Source: Azolla caroliniana (taxonomy: Eukaryota > Plantae > Polypodiophyta). From it: a stretch of 64,000 bases of DNA. The first letter of the stretch is position 1. Each line of letters opens with the position of its first letter. A program made the position numbers and the translations under genes. The notes under the pieces were generated by a model. It did not search any database. It was not told the DNA's origin and saw only the letters and a program-made list of their open reading frames with translations. The DNA is taken from the NCBI GenBank assembly GCA_043228905.1, contig JBHGNT010000013.1, forward strand, positions 2,728,001 through 2,792,000, written 5' to 3'. Shown in pieces: positions 12,601 through 23,980 of the stretch.

Positions 12601-14465
12601 GCCGGTTACGGTGAGGATACCGAACCGGTAGAAGAAGAAGTAGAGGAAGCTGAAATCAGAACCGGCCAAGACCCCGAATCGGATTCGGATGAAGAACAAA
12701 TAGTGGAGCCGGTTGTCGAAGGCCAAAGACGGAGATATCCTCTCAAAGAGAGAAGGGCCCCCTGGAGATTTCCGGATGTAGAGCATGTGCTGTTGACCGA
12801 TGAGGGAGAGCCGAAAAGCTTCGAAGAAGCGAAGGATGACACCCACAGTCGCAAATGATTAAGTGCCATGTAGGATGAGATGGATTCCCTGCATGAGAAC
12901 CATACGTACGAATTGGTGGAGTTGCCGAAAGAAAAGCGAGCAGTCCGAAACAAGTGGGTGTAAAAGTTGAAACCGGGAGATGCCGGCAACCCCCTGAGAT
13001 ACAAAGTCAGGATCGTGGTGAAGGGGTTCCAGCAGAAGAAGGGCGTGGACTGAAGACGAAAGCAGAGAAGGTTGATATGATGAAGGTTCCAATGCCTCTG
13101 CCGTCGAGAGCTTGATGTACGCAATGGTGTGTACTCGGCCGGATATTGGATACGCAGTCGGAGTGGTGAGCTGGTTTATGAGCAATCCCGGCAAGGAGCA
13201 CTGGAACGCGGTCAAATGGATACTTCGGTACTTGAAGGGCACTTCGAATATGTGTCTTTGATTCAGCTCTGGTAAACCTCAACTTGACGGTTTTACCAAT
13301 TCGGACATGTCGGCTGATGTGGATACTAGCCGGTCTACATCCAGGTATGTAATGACATATGCAGGGGGGGCTGTTTCGTGGCAGTCGAGGCTGCAGAAGA
13401 CGGTTGCGTTGTCAACCACGGAGGCGGAGCACATGGCGGTTGTGGAAGCCGGCAAGGAAATATTATGGATGAAGGACTTCATCGAAGAGCTCGGTATCCG
13501 GCAAGATGAATACCGGCTCTATTGCGACACTCAAAGTGTCGTCCACCTTGCTAAGAACGTAGCGTACCATTCCAGGACGAAGCACATCTAACGTAGGTAT
13601 CACTGGATCCGGGAGTGAGTAGAAGATTGAGAGTTCGCGCTGACGAAGATCTACACGGCCGAGAACGGGTCAGATATGCTGACCAAAGTACTGATACCCG
13701 ACAAGCTGGATGCATGTCGGAAGCGGATCAGACTAGTAAGACATCCCATGCCGGAGTGAAGGGGGAGTTTGTTAGGAAACATGTCCCTCCGGATGGGAAG
13801 TGACAAGAACAATGTTGATGAGCAAACCGGATGTGGAGTACCCGGCAACGGAAGACCCGGTGAGAACCGGATGTGGAGTACCCAGCAAAGAAGGCCCGGT
13901 GAGAACCAGATGACGAGTGCCCGGTAAGAGCCGGATGGTGAAGGCCCAGTGAGAACCGGATGATGAGTGCCCGACAAGAGCCGGATGATGCAGGCCCAGT
14001 GAGAAGTGCTCACCGGATGAAGGGACATATTCGTAAATATGTTTTTGAGAGTCCATTGGGGCTATATTTGTGAATAACCGAAAAGTCATATTAGTATAAA
14101 TATGACTTAGGGAAAACTTAGTAGATAGTTGTATTCATTCTTGTTGGTGCAAGATTTTGAGTGCAACCGTGTACACACACAGAGAGTGAGAGATGAAGAG
14201 GACGTTGTCTCTGTTGTAACCGCCGCCTGTGGCGAAGACAGTGAGCAAGAGGTCGTTGCCTCTGTGTTCATCTACTGTACATTGTAACATAGTGATAGTT
14301 TGCAATCTATGGACTGCCGTGGTTTTTCCCGTGTTTGGGTTTTCCACGTAAACATCCTGTGTACTCTTCTCTTTATTGTGTCATGCGTACATTATCCGTT
14401 TTTCTGTGTTTGATCCTTGACTCGGTTGTGGCCGAGCGTTGTCGAAGGAGCGCATAATCCTTTCA
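9616..14465 (+). mobile_element. Ty1/copia element D (Tork/Tnt1-like), two LTRs, with an internal RT deletion
   Basis: LTRs 9616-10310 and 13770-14465. PBS TGGTATCAGAGC at 10314-10325, PPT GAAGGGGGAG at ~13758-13767, TSD ATGGC/ATTGC. gag-PR 10251-11444, INT 11596-12858, RNase H 13307-13591. Confidence 0.93.
10346..13759 (+). pseudogene. gag-pol polyprotein of copia D (stops, frameshifts, RT core deleted near 13053)
   Basis: Zinc knuckle CFYCGKPGHFQKNY, protease WVVDSG, GAG-pre-integrase WHKRLCH, integrase VHTD…RADN…NGLAERMNR, RNase H ALSTTEAE. Confidence 0.88.
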
Positions 14466-15909
14466 ATTGCTTTCAACGGTGACAGGTTGATCAGATATAT
14501 TGCCGTCTCCAATGCTTCAGACCAGAACTCCAGCTTCAATCCAGCTTGTTGGAGCATTGCCATCACCCTCTCTTGGATCATTCAGTTGATCCATTCTACC
14601 ACTCCATTCTGCATGGGTGTGTATGGAATAGTCTTTTGATCCCGGATCCCTTTGTCGAACATGTACTATTTGAAGGCTCTGGAGGTGTATTCTCCTATGT
14701 TGTCGGATCGGAGTGCCGTCACTCTGTGTCCTGACCGATTCTCCACTTCAACTAACCATCAAGCGAAGATCTCGAGCGCTTCGTCTTTCGACCTAATCGA
14801 ATAGGCCCAGACTTTCCATGTACAATCATCAACAAAAGTGATGAAGTACCGGGAACCTCCTAGTGATCACTCAGGCATAGGCCCACATATATCCGTGTGC
14901 ACGAGCTCTAGGGGTTGTCGTACCATCTCATAGTGGAGAGATTGCGAACCTTGAGTCTGTTTCCCATATCGACAATGCTCGCAGAAGTCTGTCTTTGCTT
15001 GGAGTTTCGGAATGTAGCCAACCGCCATCAGTCAATCAAGTCCGGCGTGAGACATATGGTTGAGTCGGCCATGCCATAGGTTTGGGTTGGTCTTTTTGGC
15101 TACGTTCACGGCCCCTTCTAGATTGATTGCCATCATTGGATACAAGTTGTTGTTCGTGTGTCCGTTTCCTATTTCAGGTTTCCACGGCTAATCATCCATG
15201 CCGACTCATTGAGAGTTATTCGGTACCCATCTTCTACTAAAATGCCGATGGAGACCAAACTCCTCTTCAGATTGGGTACATGCCGAACCTAGTGCATGGT
15301 TATCATGTTGCCATTCAGCAGTCAGATGGGGACCTCTCTGATCCTTGCAATTGTGCACTCCTGCTCGTTTCCGAGTCAGAGTGTGTCGTTGGCTTCGGCC
15401 AAATAGCTTGAAAACTATTCGATGTTTGGGGTTACGTGAAATGTGGCGCTGGAATCCAGCAATCACATGTGTACTATACAGGACTTCTCTTATCATTGAG
15501 TTCTCTAAAGAGAGGATTTCTCCCGATTGGGTGTCGACAACATTGACTTGGTTGCTAACTAGAGAGTGATTTGAGTCGGATCATCCTCGATTCCGCTCGG
15601 ATCGCCGACCACTCTCTTTACTCGTGATCAACTAGCAGTCGGAAACATTGTGACCGACTTTTCTACGATTGTTGCAGAATTTGCCTGATTGGCCCGTTCT
15701 CACTTCGACCGTTGTCGGTCTCCCCTCATTTTTGATCGATTGTGGTGTCAACTAGTTCTGTTGGCTTGTTCTTTCCATCGACTCGGTCGAGTGGTGGGCT
15801 TCTACCTATTCATTGAGGGTGAGTCCCATCTATTTTCATCGAATATCCTCGGTGAGGACTTGGCCAAACGTCTTATCTAGATTTAGGATCGGATGTCTAT
15901 TGGCGAATG

Positions 15910-16440
15910 TGTTGGGAATTCGGTTCCTCCGGATGGGATACGAATGAGAATCGGACGATCCGGATCGAACGAGCCAGATGAAGAAGTCGGATTCGGAAGG
16001 GTTCCGGATAAGACCCGAAAACCGGCACCAATGAATCCGGATGGATCTGGTGCTAACCGGATCCAAGGACATATTTGTAAATATGTTAGGATAAGCCCAC
16101 TAAGGCTATATTTGTAAATATCCCTAAAGTCATATAAGTATAAATATGACTTAGGGCAATCATTTTATAGTGGTTGTTGAATACGTTGTTGTATAGAGAG
16201 ACACACAGAACTAGTTTCTGTTTTTAACTGCCGGTTGGCGAAGACATAGAGCTCAAGGTCATTGCCTCTAACTCTCACATTGTATTCCTCCCCCCATAGT
16301 GATAGTTGGAGTTCGTGGACTCCCATGGTTTTTCCCGTTTAGGGCTTTCCACGTAAACATCATGTGTCATCTCGGTTTTAGTTTGTTCTCTTCTATTCCT
16401 TGTTGAAGACTCGGTTGTGACCGAGCGTTATTTCCGCACA
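15910..16440 (+). mobile_element. Solo LTR (531 bp) of a copia family related to D/G, inserted in gag of E
   Basis: TGTTGG...GCACA termini and a perfect GAATG TSD (15905-15909 and 16441-16445). Shares the TATAAATATGACTTAG and GGTTTTTCCC…TTTCCACGTAAAC motifs with the D LTRs. Confidence 0.9.
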
Positions 16441-17164
16441 GAATGTCGTGGAGAATACCTCCCAACTCACCGGCAAGCTCGATAGGAGGGCAAGGGCTTT
16501 AACTTCTTCTTCGAAGTTAATCCCTCGGGAGGAGAGTTCAGACAACACCCAGCTAAAGGAGTTGGCGTGGGAGGTTACAGGATCTGACTCTCTCATCTTC
16601 ATATTGAATAGTTGTCGAATCAATATGCGTTTCGACAAGGACTTCTTTTCGTACATTGCTTGCAACTTCTCCCATAACGAGAAAGTTGTTGTCTCTTTTG
16701 CCATGTTGAAGTAGACGTTTTCGGTCAGACGCATTTGGATGTTGGAGTGTGCGATTTCTTCTATTGATCTCCACTCTTTGGCTGACATCCTAGCAATTTT
16801 TTCACTATGTTGAATAGCTTTGACTTGTCTCCTAATGATCAAAACATCTTGCATCATGTCCTTCCACAAGGCAAAATTTTTGCCATCGAAGTTTCGGATT
16901 TCAACTCCTGTTCCGGATGTTGAAGCCATATTCTTTTTCGAAAGTGAGATTTTTGCTGACCTTGTCTTCGTTTTTCAGCTTTCTCTGCTTCTTTTCTTGC
17001 CACCAAACAACAAGTCGCTCTGATACCACTAAAGGGGGGAATGCGTGGAAGCAAGTGAGGACTTGTCGGTGAATGTGCACAACAAACAACACAGAGAGTA
17101 TGACAGAAGATTTGATTGAAGCGTAGACATAGTTCGAGCTCAAATGGAAGCTTTCTTTATTTTT

Positions 17165-17235
<71 letters not shown>

Positions 17236-17359
17236 GACTCAAATGTACAAGAATGATCAAGAAGCACATTTTACAACGTTAGGTTATTGCTTATATATTA
17301 AGCCCTAACTCTTTGGACATGTTCACACTAGGATACAAAGTGGAAGGAGTCGGCTCATT

Positions 17360-17800
17360 ATGCCAACAGAAGCTCATACCATGCCAATCAAAGTGTCCAT
17401 GGAGTTACGCCAATGGTTGCAAGACCACGGCCTAGGTGGTTACATCAAGGTTGCAGAGGCCCCTCCGCACCCAAATGCGTTGGATATCGGGATGAAAATC
17501 AACATTGACCGCCTCACCAATGCATAGATTCGGGGGGCATTGGGGTTGAAGAACGGAGGTTGACAAATCGACGTCCCTCCTACATAAACACTTGAATCCT
17601 ACTTCGGGGAGTACTCCTCCACTGCCAAGGCGTACAGGACATAGTCAGGGGAGGTGGCCAAATTCCTGCTCGAAGTTACGTGTGTGCATCCCAACTTCTA
17701 TGGAATGCCGAAGGATAAAGTCGGCTTCATCATCGCAACATATGAAGGTGACAAGGTCAACTAGGGTTTCTTGACAGGCGAAACCCTCAGAGCAAGTGGC
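17360..17800 (+). pseudogene. Decayed ORF, probably a retrotransposon accessory protein
   Basis: A single frame reads MPTEAHTMPIKVSMELRQWLQDHGLGGYIKV…LESYFGEYSSTAKAYRT*SGEVAKFLLEVTCVHPNFYGMPKDKVGFIIATYEGDKVN*GFLTGETLR. All stops can be explained by C>T or G>A transitions. Family not recognised. Confidence 0.45.
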
Positions 17801-17829
17801 CAGGACTGAAGAAACTCATGTCGGCCACA

Positions 17830-18360
17830 ACCGATTATATTCACTTCAAGAAATGCAGTATCAGAAAATGAATGAGCACAGAGACAAGAAGACACAAGAT
17901 GTTAACGTGGAAAACCCTGAATGGGAAAAACACGAGAGTTCTCACACTCCAAACAGAATCGCTATGGTACGAGAGGAATACAACAAGAGACTCCAAGGCA
18001 ACAACCTTGAGCTCTTCCTCGTCAGACGAGCCTTGTTAGATAACATCAAAACAACAAAAGAAATTGTTAGTAAATGCTCTGATACCACTGCTATGAGTCT
18101 ATTACTAAACAATAAATCAATTAAAGTAAAAGAAAAGTAAATGAATCGGATAGAAGAACCCATTCCACCCAACCACCCCCAAGCTATGATCAAGACATAG
18201 CGAACGTAACATTGATGTCCCATACCACCATATATTAGGATGACTAATACCTTGGAAGAGACAACATGATCGTTGCAACAGAAGTCTAGCCCGCACCACC
18301 GGTGTCTTAAGACAGCAACCTTCTGACGTAGAATTAGAATTAGAGTTGGTATCGTCCATA
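17830..18360 (-). mobile_element. LTR retrotransposon remnants: LTR 3' end plus tRNA-Met PBS, and an adjacent copia LTR fragment
   Basis: GCTCTGATACCA at ~18076-18087. 18089-18350 is the reverse complement of the 3' half of solo LTR 1785-2244. The AACGTGGAAAACCC…GGGAAAAACACG LTR motif occurs at ~17904-17934. Confidence 0.7.
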
Positions 18361-19094
18361 AAGAGGCCAATTTTGACCTATGGGACCAGAGTATTCATAC
18401 ATTGAAGCACAAAGTTTCTATGTGTTAATAAAGCATACACATATGAGCTCAACCTTCTGTTCGGTCTCATATTTATATCTTCATGATCTTTGCAAGGAGT
18501 TTGTAACCGAGGAGTGGTATTACAAGTATTCACTTAGGTCCATTCAAGAGATTTTGTTGCTACTAGTATCACAATTTGATGGGAAAATTTGGGATGACTA
18601 TGTTTTTCTCATCCACGCCTAATAATTGTTTAGGATTTTCATTGAACATTTGTTGACATTTTTTTATTTTTTTTTCCAAAACAATATTCTTCATACATGA
18701 GAAAATGATTAGTCTGACAACATCGTAAAAGCTATGGCCATGATAGGCCAATAAAAAACTCAAAGACTCAAAGTAGAAGACTACAAAGAATGGTGGACAC
18801 ACATACATGACTCTTCTTCCCATCTCATGTGATCATTGGCTAAGACCCAATGTTCCTCCATCTTCTTCCATTCTCGCATGTTGATCAGCATACAAATAAA
18901 CGCTCATCACCATGGCTTCACAATATATTTTACCTTTATCTACCATGGTTGTATGACTACAAGCATTTCCAACCGGATTTGCTAAAACTCCATTTCTTCT
19001 CATCTGGCCATACCCTGTAAACAATGTATTCCATGTCAATGTATTCCATGTCAAGCACTGCCTTTTGCTCATGCCACATTTCACATCATATCTA

Positions 19095-19418
19095 CTAGTG
19101 CATTTCCAACAAGTTGGCTTTTTTAGAAAAGCTCTTTCCTCTCAGAATTGAAATGCATCTCCTCGCCCTTGTTTGTGGATCTAATGCACCCACAAGCTTT
19201 CAAAATGCCAGCAGAAAACTATGATAATTCAGCATCTGTTGGAGTACCCATCAACTCTGTGATTGAGTTGAACTGATGTACACAATCTTTGGCAGGAAAA
19301 AGGGGATGTAGCCAACCAAATGTCCACAGTTGCACTGTAAGCTCTCGCATTCAGAAGCAATTCTGATTATCTGTAACATCTTATTACCACATACGAATTA
19401 AGCCGAAATCAGCAATCT
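19095..19418 (-). pseudogene. MAP kinase (MPK3/4/6-type) pseudogene fragment, intronless, with internal deletions
   Basis: Minus strand reads IADFGL…YVVIRCYR*SELLLNARAYSATVDIW…PLFPAKDCVHQFNSITELMGTPTDAEL, matching the MAPK motifs DFGLAR, YVVTRWYRAPELLLN and PLFPGKD.VHQL.LI.ELIGTP. Confidence 0.8.
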
Positions 19419-19489
19419 ATCATCAACATTATTCTTCTTTGTCATTACGTATCACAAGTTTGTAGGTAGACTATACTTCAACCTCATTG

Positions 19490-19835
19490 TAGGGAATCAA
19501 GTTTTTCTCCCGGAGTCACCTCTGGCAAATTGTCTCCTCTTTGGCTTTATGGATTCTTTGGAAAGCTAGGTGCTCCAAGCTATACAATGATGAAAACATT
19601 CACATCGTGGATCAGGTTAAGTCCTTTTGGAACTTATTGGTACATACAGTTAAAGGTGATATATGATAGTTATAAGGGTTCTAGACACACAACTAATAAG
19701 AAAAGAATGAGAATTCGTAAAGTTTGGTTGTCTATACGTATTATGTTGAATGAAGCCGCAGATGTCAAGTGGAACTATGTACCACCTCAGTGGTTATTCC
19801 CACCACCGGCACCATCTTTAGTAGAAATAACATGA
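19490..19835 (+). mobile_element. 5'-truncated LINE (L1-like) ORF2 C-terminus
   Basis: HLWQIVSSLALWILWKARCSKLYN…FWNLLVHTVKG…YDSYKG…KWNYVPPQWLFPPP. The W.IWK.R motif is typical of plant L1 ORF2 ends. Confidence 0.7.
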
Positions 19836-19886
19836 TATAATATAGATGACTGTTGATCTTTTTGTCAGGATAATTGATGTTGGTGA

Positions 19887-20228
19887 AAATCAAGGACATG
19901 GCAAGCAAAAATTGGGTGCCGATTAGCGATAAGGCAAGATGGTTGTTGTGGATGTAAGAAGCAATTTTCTTATGAGTGATAAGGAGGAGTGTAGATGGTG
20001 TGGGGGTTGAAGAAGCATATTATCATGAGTTGGTGAGGGTTTTTTTACATTAATTTGTTTGTGGTCTATATGGCAAGATGCTTGGTGGAAGGAAATCAAG
20101 GACATGGCAAGCCAAAATTTGGTGCCGATTAGCGAGAAGGCGAGATGGTTGTTGTGGATGTAAGAAGCAATTTCTTTTGAGCGATAAGGATGAGTGTAGA
20201 TGGTGTGGGGGTTGAAGAAACAATTATC
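19887..20228. repeat. Direct duplication of ~140 bp (19887-20025 and 20093-20228)
   Basis: AAATCAAGGACATGGCAAGC…GGTGTGGGGGTTGAAGAA is repeated with few substitutions. Confidence 0.85.
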
Positions 20229-22619
20229 AGCATTTGTTGACATTCTCATTGTCTAGAGATGATAAATAGTGTGAGCACCCCAAAACCATTATCACATTAC
20301 ATGCTTATGAAGATAACCCATCTAATCTTACATTAATTGAATTGTTCTAGCCTTTGTGTCTATCTTGTATTGTCATTAGGAGTGTGTTTCATATATCAAT
20401 ATGAATAGAGTCCCCTTCATTAGGAGTTCCCATAAGTATCAACAATTAATACATGTCAATTGCTTTGCTTAGATATCAATTTAGATTATGCAGCCAATGG
20501 TCATTATATATAGTGTGCCTTAGATGTGAAGCTTAGGTTCCTATACGAATACAATCGTTGGGTGGAACAAGGCATATTTATCCTTTTTATACTAATCCAA
20601 ACGAGATAACTGACGATTGTTGATGTTTTTAAAATTTTAATGGTAGCTAAGATTCTACTATTTACAATTGAAATTTTGAAATTTTCTATAGATTTAGTGT
20701 GTTCAAATCATATGTTGTTAATTCCCTGCACCTATTAAGGGAGTTTATAGTGTTGTGTAAAAGAGTATTGTGTGGAAGAAACTAAAGTCTTCTACCATAT
20801 CAATTCAAATGATGCAACCAATGGTTGTTTCGGGTTGCAATTTTTCATACTTTATTATCATCAAAGGCATATCTAGCATAGTGGTAATCTCCATGAATTG
20901 TGACACACTGAAGGAGTTTATGTGTGTGTGTTGAATTGTGCATGCATGTGTGTTTGCTTGTCTGTAAATCCATCAACATACTTAAATGTTGGAAATGCGT
21001 TGTTCGAGGTGTTGATAACCATTACAAGTGTCACTATTAACATATTCTTCAAACTCTCTAGTAACTTGTTTTATGTGTTTTTTTCACCTCTTGTTGCTTA
21101 ATTTGATATTTTTATCTACTCGACATTGTAATCCCCTTTTACTATCTTCATTTCGGTGTTCTATTCACACATGACATAAACAAGTTTCTTTTGTATGGTA
21201 TTGTACACAATATTTTTGTGGTAAAAGGCATAACTAATGTGTATGAAATTGTAAATGTCGACAATGTGTAACTTGCTACAATGAAAGTAAAGAATGGGGG
21301 CAAGCTTAAAGTAGTTGATGAAGGGTTTTATTTACGTTTTTTAACCTTTTGAGACATTAAATATCTTTCTGTATATTAGCCTCATGTATCTACCTTGAAC
21401 TTGTGTAAAAGAAAACACCAAGAGATCAAACATAGAAAGGTATGTATCCATATAAATTGTGTGTGCGTGTGTGCACATGCACACTCATGCGCTCTCCCTT
21501 ATATTTCGTGCGGAAATATAAAATGTATAACATTTGAAGATGTAGGTAATATGAATTTTGAGCCCATTGTTTTGATTGATGGACTTCTATGGATAAAACG
21601 AGAAATGTTAAAGATTGCCCATGTTGAGCTCGGAAGCACAAAAACAATGAAGTTAAAGCACCATTCACACAAATGTTTGTACATGTGTATACACTTTTCT
21701 CATCTTTGTATGACTACAATAAACATCGTTCACTTTAATTCCTTGATCATTAAACCCGTGAGTTATAGCCTTAGATTTCTTGAGCCAATTACAATAATGT
21801 GAAAAGGTTTGTCTTGTGAAATGAAAATGCCAACCATCCATCTTATCACATATGCATAATCAAGGTAATCTTGGGTTTGATTATTGATAAAAATGCGACT
21901 AGGGAGAATTTCTTATGAAAATGTATGGCTTGTATAAAACACTTGATGCAATTATTTTTCCTTGATCGAATTTCAATGCTTTAAAATAAGTATTACAACT
22001 CATCTCTTGATTACCTTATCTTGAATTTGAGAATTGATACTTGACTCCAAGTCGTTGTAGTGGATCAACATTGGTATAAGGATAATATGTAGAACATAGA
22101 TGAAGGTGATTGGTGTGCAATTGAACATTGGCATGAAGATCACAAGTGGAATTATGTAAATAAAGAATAGCTTTGGTTAAGAATATGCAAATAATAATCT
22201 AATTGATTTCCAATGTTATTTGTCTTATCATTTCCTTAACAACATCAAGTATATAGTTGCTTTCAATCTCCTTTGAAAATCATATGCAATCTATGATTAT
22301 TATAGCAACTATTGGGTTGTATAATTGACAAATGGTAAAACACCCACAAGTCTTAATTCATAGATAATATATAATAACGGATCTAGAAAAAATGTAAATC
22401 GTGATATTGAAGGATAACACAATTGTCAATGTGAACGCCATTCATAATTTGAGAGAGGATCATGCTTGTCAAGTTTGACCATTTATCCCACTTTGGAAAT
22501 TTTAACGTCTCATGTCAATGCATCCTTAACCATATATCATATACCAAACTTGATGGATTGACTTACATAAGTTGCCTTCAAAACCATGAATAGTATTGAT
22601 AAAACATGAACATACCTGA

Positions 22620-23069
22620 ATAGGCGAACCCCATCGGCAGAGAGTTTAATGATGATTTCTACGCTACAAGGAAAGTTTGACAGCCTTTAGGGGCCCTCTA
22701 ATGCGAGTGAAGAAGCTAGATACCGTTTCTTGCTTAAATGGAGAGGTTCTCCGATGCTACAGATGGTGGATGGCAATGCAAAGTGGATTTATCAGCCACC
22801 CCAGTGGTTGTTTCCTCCAAGGGTACCAAACATAGAGGTGGGTGCTGAATTGTGAAGAGATTGGAGGGTGCCTTTGCTGAATGTGGGTTGTGTGAGGCTC
22901 ATGTTGTGGGGATTCTATCGAGTAATTTTGTGTTGAGGCTTTGTTGCTTCATTTATGCATGGTGTTTTCTTGTAGCCATGCAAAGTGTCTTGTAACATAT
23001 GAGTTGTATATTATCCTATGTACTTTTTCTTAACTAATGGAAGTAGAAATGTATTTTTGGGGAAAAAAA
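22620..23069 (+). mobile_element. Second LINE 3' fragment of the same family, with 3' UTR and a short A tail
   Basis: STLQGKFDSL*G…FLLKWRGSPML…AKWIYQPPQWLFPPR is homologous to 19490-19835. Ends GGGGAAAAAAA. Confidence 0.65.
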
Positions 23070-23938
23070 TTTAGAGATTGGAGTGTCCTATTGTTGACCC
23101 TAATGTTGAAATCAACGAGGTCCTCAACTTATGAAACCTCACTCTATGTGTACTTCATATTACGTCCACAATTAATCAATACCCTAGCATTGAATTTTTA
23201 GAGCATGTTGCTAGGATATCTTATTAAAAAGGGCAACTACATAATAATAGGCACACCAAAACTATAGTAAACACCACAACAACTCAAGTTATTCATATTG
23301 AATCAACTAACTTAAAATATAGTGTTATTATAAGCTCTCCCTATATTTTGTTTAAAAATTCAAAGTACTGAAAGCGAGACATGTGATAAACGATGTAAGC
23401 TAGCTCAAAGTAATTTTCATTGGATACATTTCTCTATGATTTAACTAGTCTATATTTACTTATGGCCCATGTGGCAACTAAAATGTTGAAGTGTGATGTT
23501 GGTGCAACATATGCATGATATTTTGTATGCTTTATTTGTGCATGTGATAATATATTAATAATTGCATCAATAGGTACAAAGTATGCACTTATATACAGAT
23601 GTGGTTAAATTCTTGAAACATTTTAGATACTCAATATGCTTGTGATCGGGAACTCCTTTGTTGGAGGGTATGCATTTTTGTTTTGTTGTGAGATACTTAG
23701 AACACTCTGAACTTGTTAACCCATTGTCAACAATAATCCTTCATTCGAATGCCATATATGGCAAATCTAGCCTCACAACATTCAATTGAAAGAACTCTTA
23801 CAACCTCATGTTGTTCACTTGAAGAATCTATGGAAGCCATTGGAGTGTTTTATTTCAATGTGATGCAACACCTTTTTTTGTTGGTAGATGAAAAACTATT
23901 GCCACATCTATGAAAGGTAGGTAAAGGTCGCCTTTTGT

Positions 23939-23978
<40 letters not shown>
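23939..23978. repeat. (AG)n microsatellite (others: (CA)n ~5510-5530, (TC)n ~17167-17232 and ~63651-63676)
   Basis: Direct reading. Confidence 0.95.

Positions 23979-23980
<2 letters not shown>

Larger units (their letters stand above)
8050..17327 (-). mobile_element. Ty1/copia element E (decayed gag-PR-INT-RT), split by element D and a solo LTR
   Basis: gag starts at 16929 (MASTSGTGVEIRNFDGKNFALWK). PBS TGGTATCAGAGC at 17028-17017. Integrase reads continuously across the D insertion (…LSPLKAI|RLEVPHALWSG). RT at 8306-8700 (QLDVKMVFLH…[10 protein letters not shown]). The 5' LTR is ~17030-17327 with an uncertain outer end, and no 3' LTR is seen. Confidence 0.85.

Noticed and set aside
17101-17111. 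TGACAGAAGAT, like the 5' end of miR156/157
   Set aside because: Only 11 nt match, it lies inside an LTR, and there is no complementary arm.
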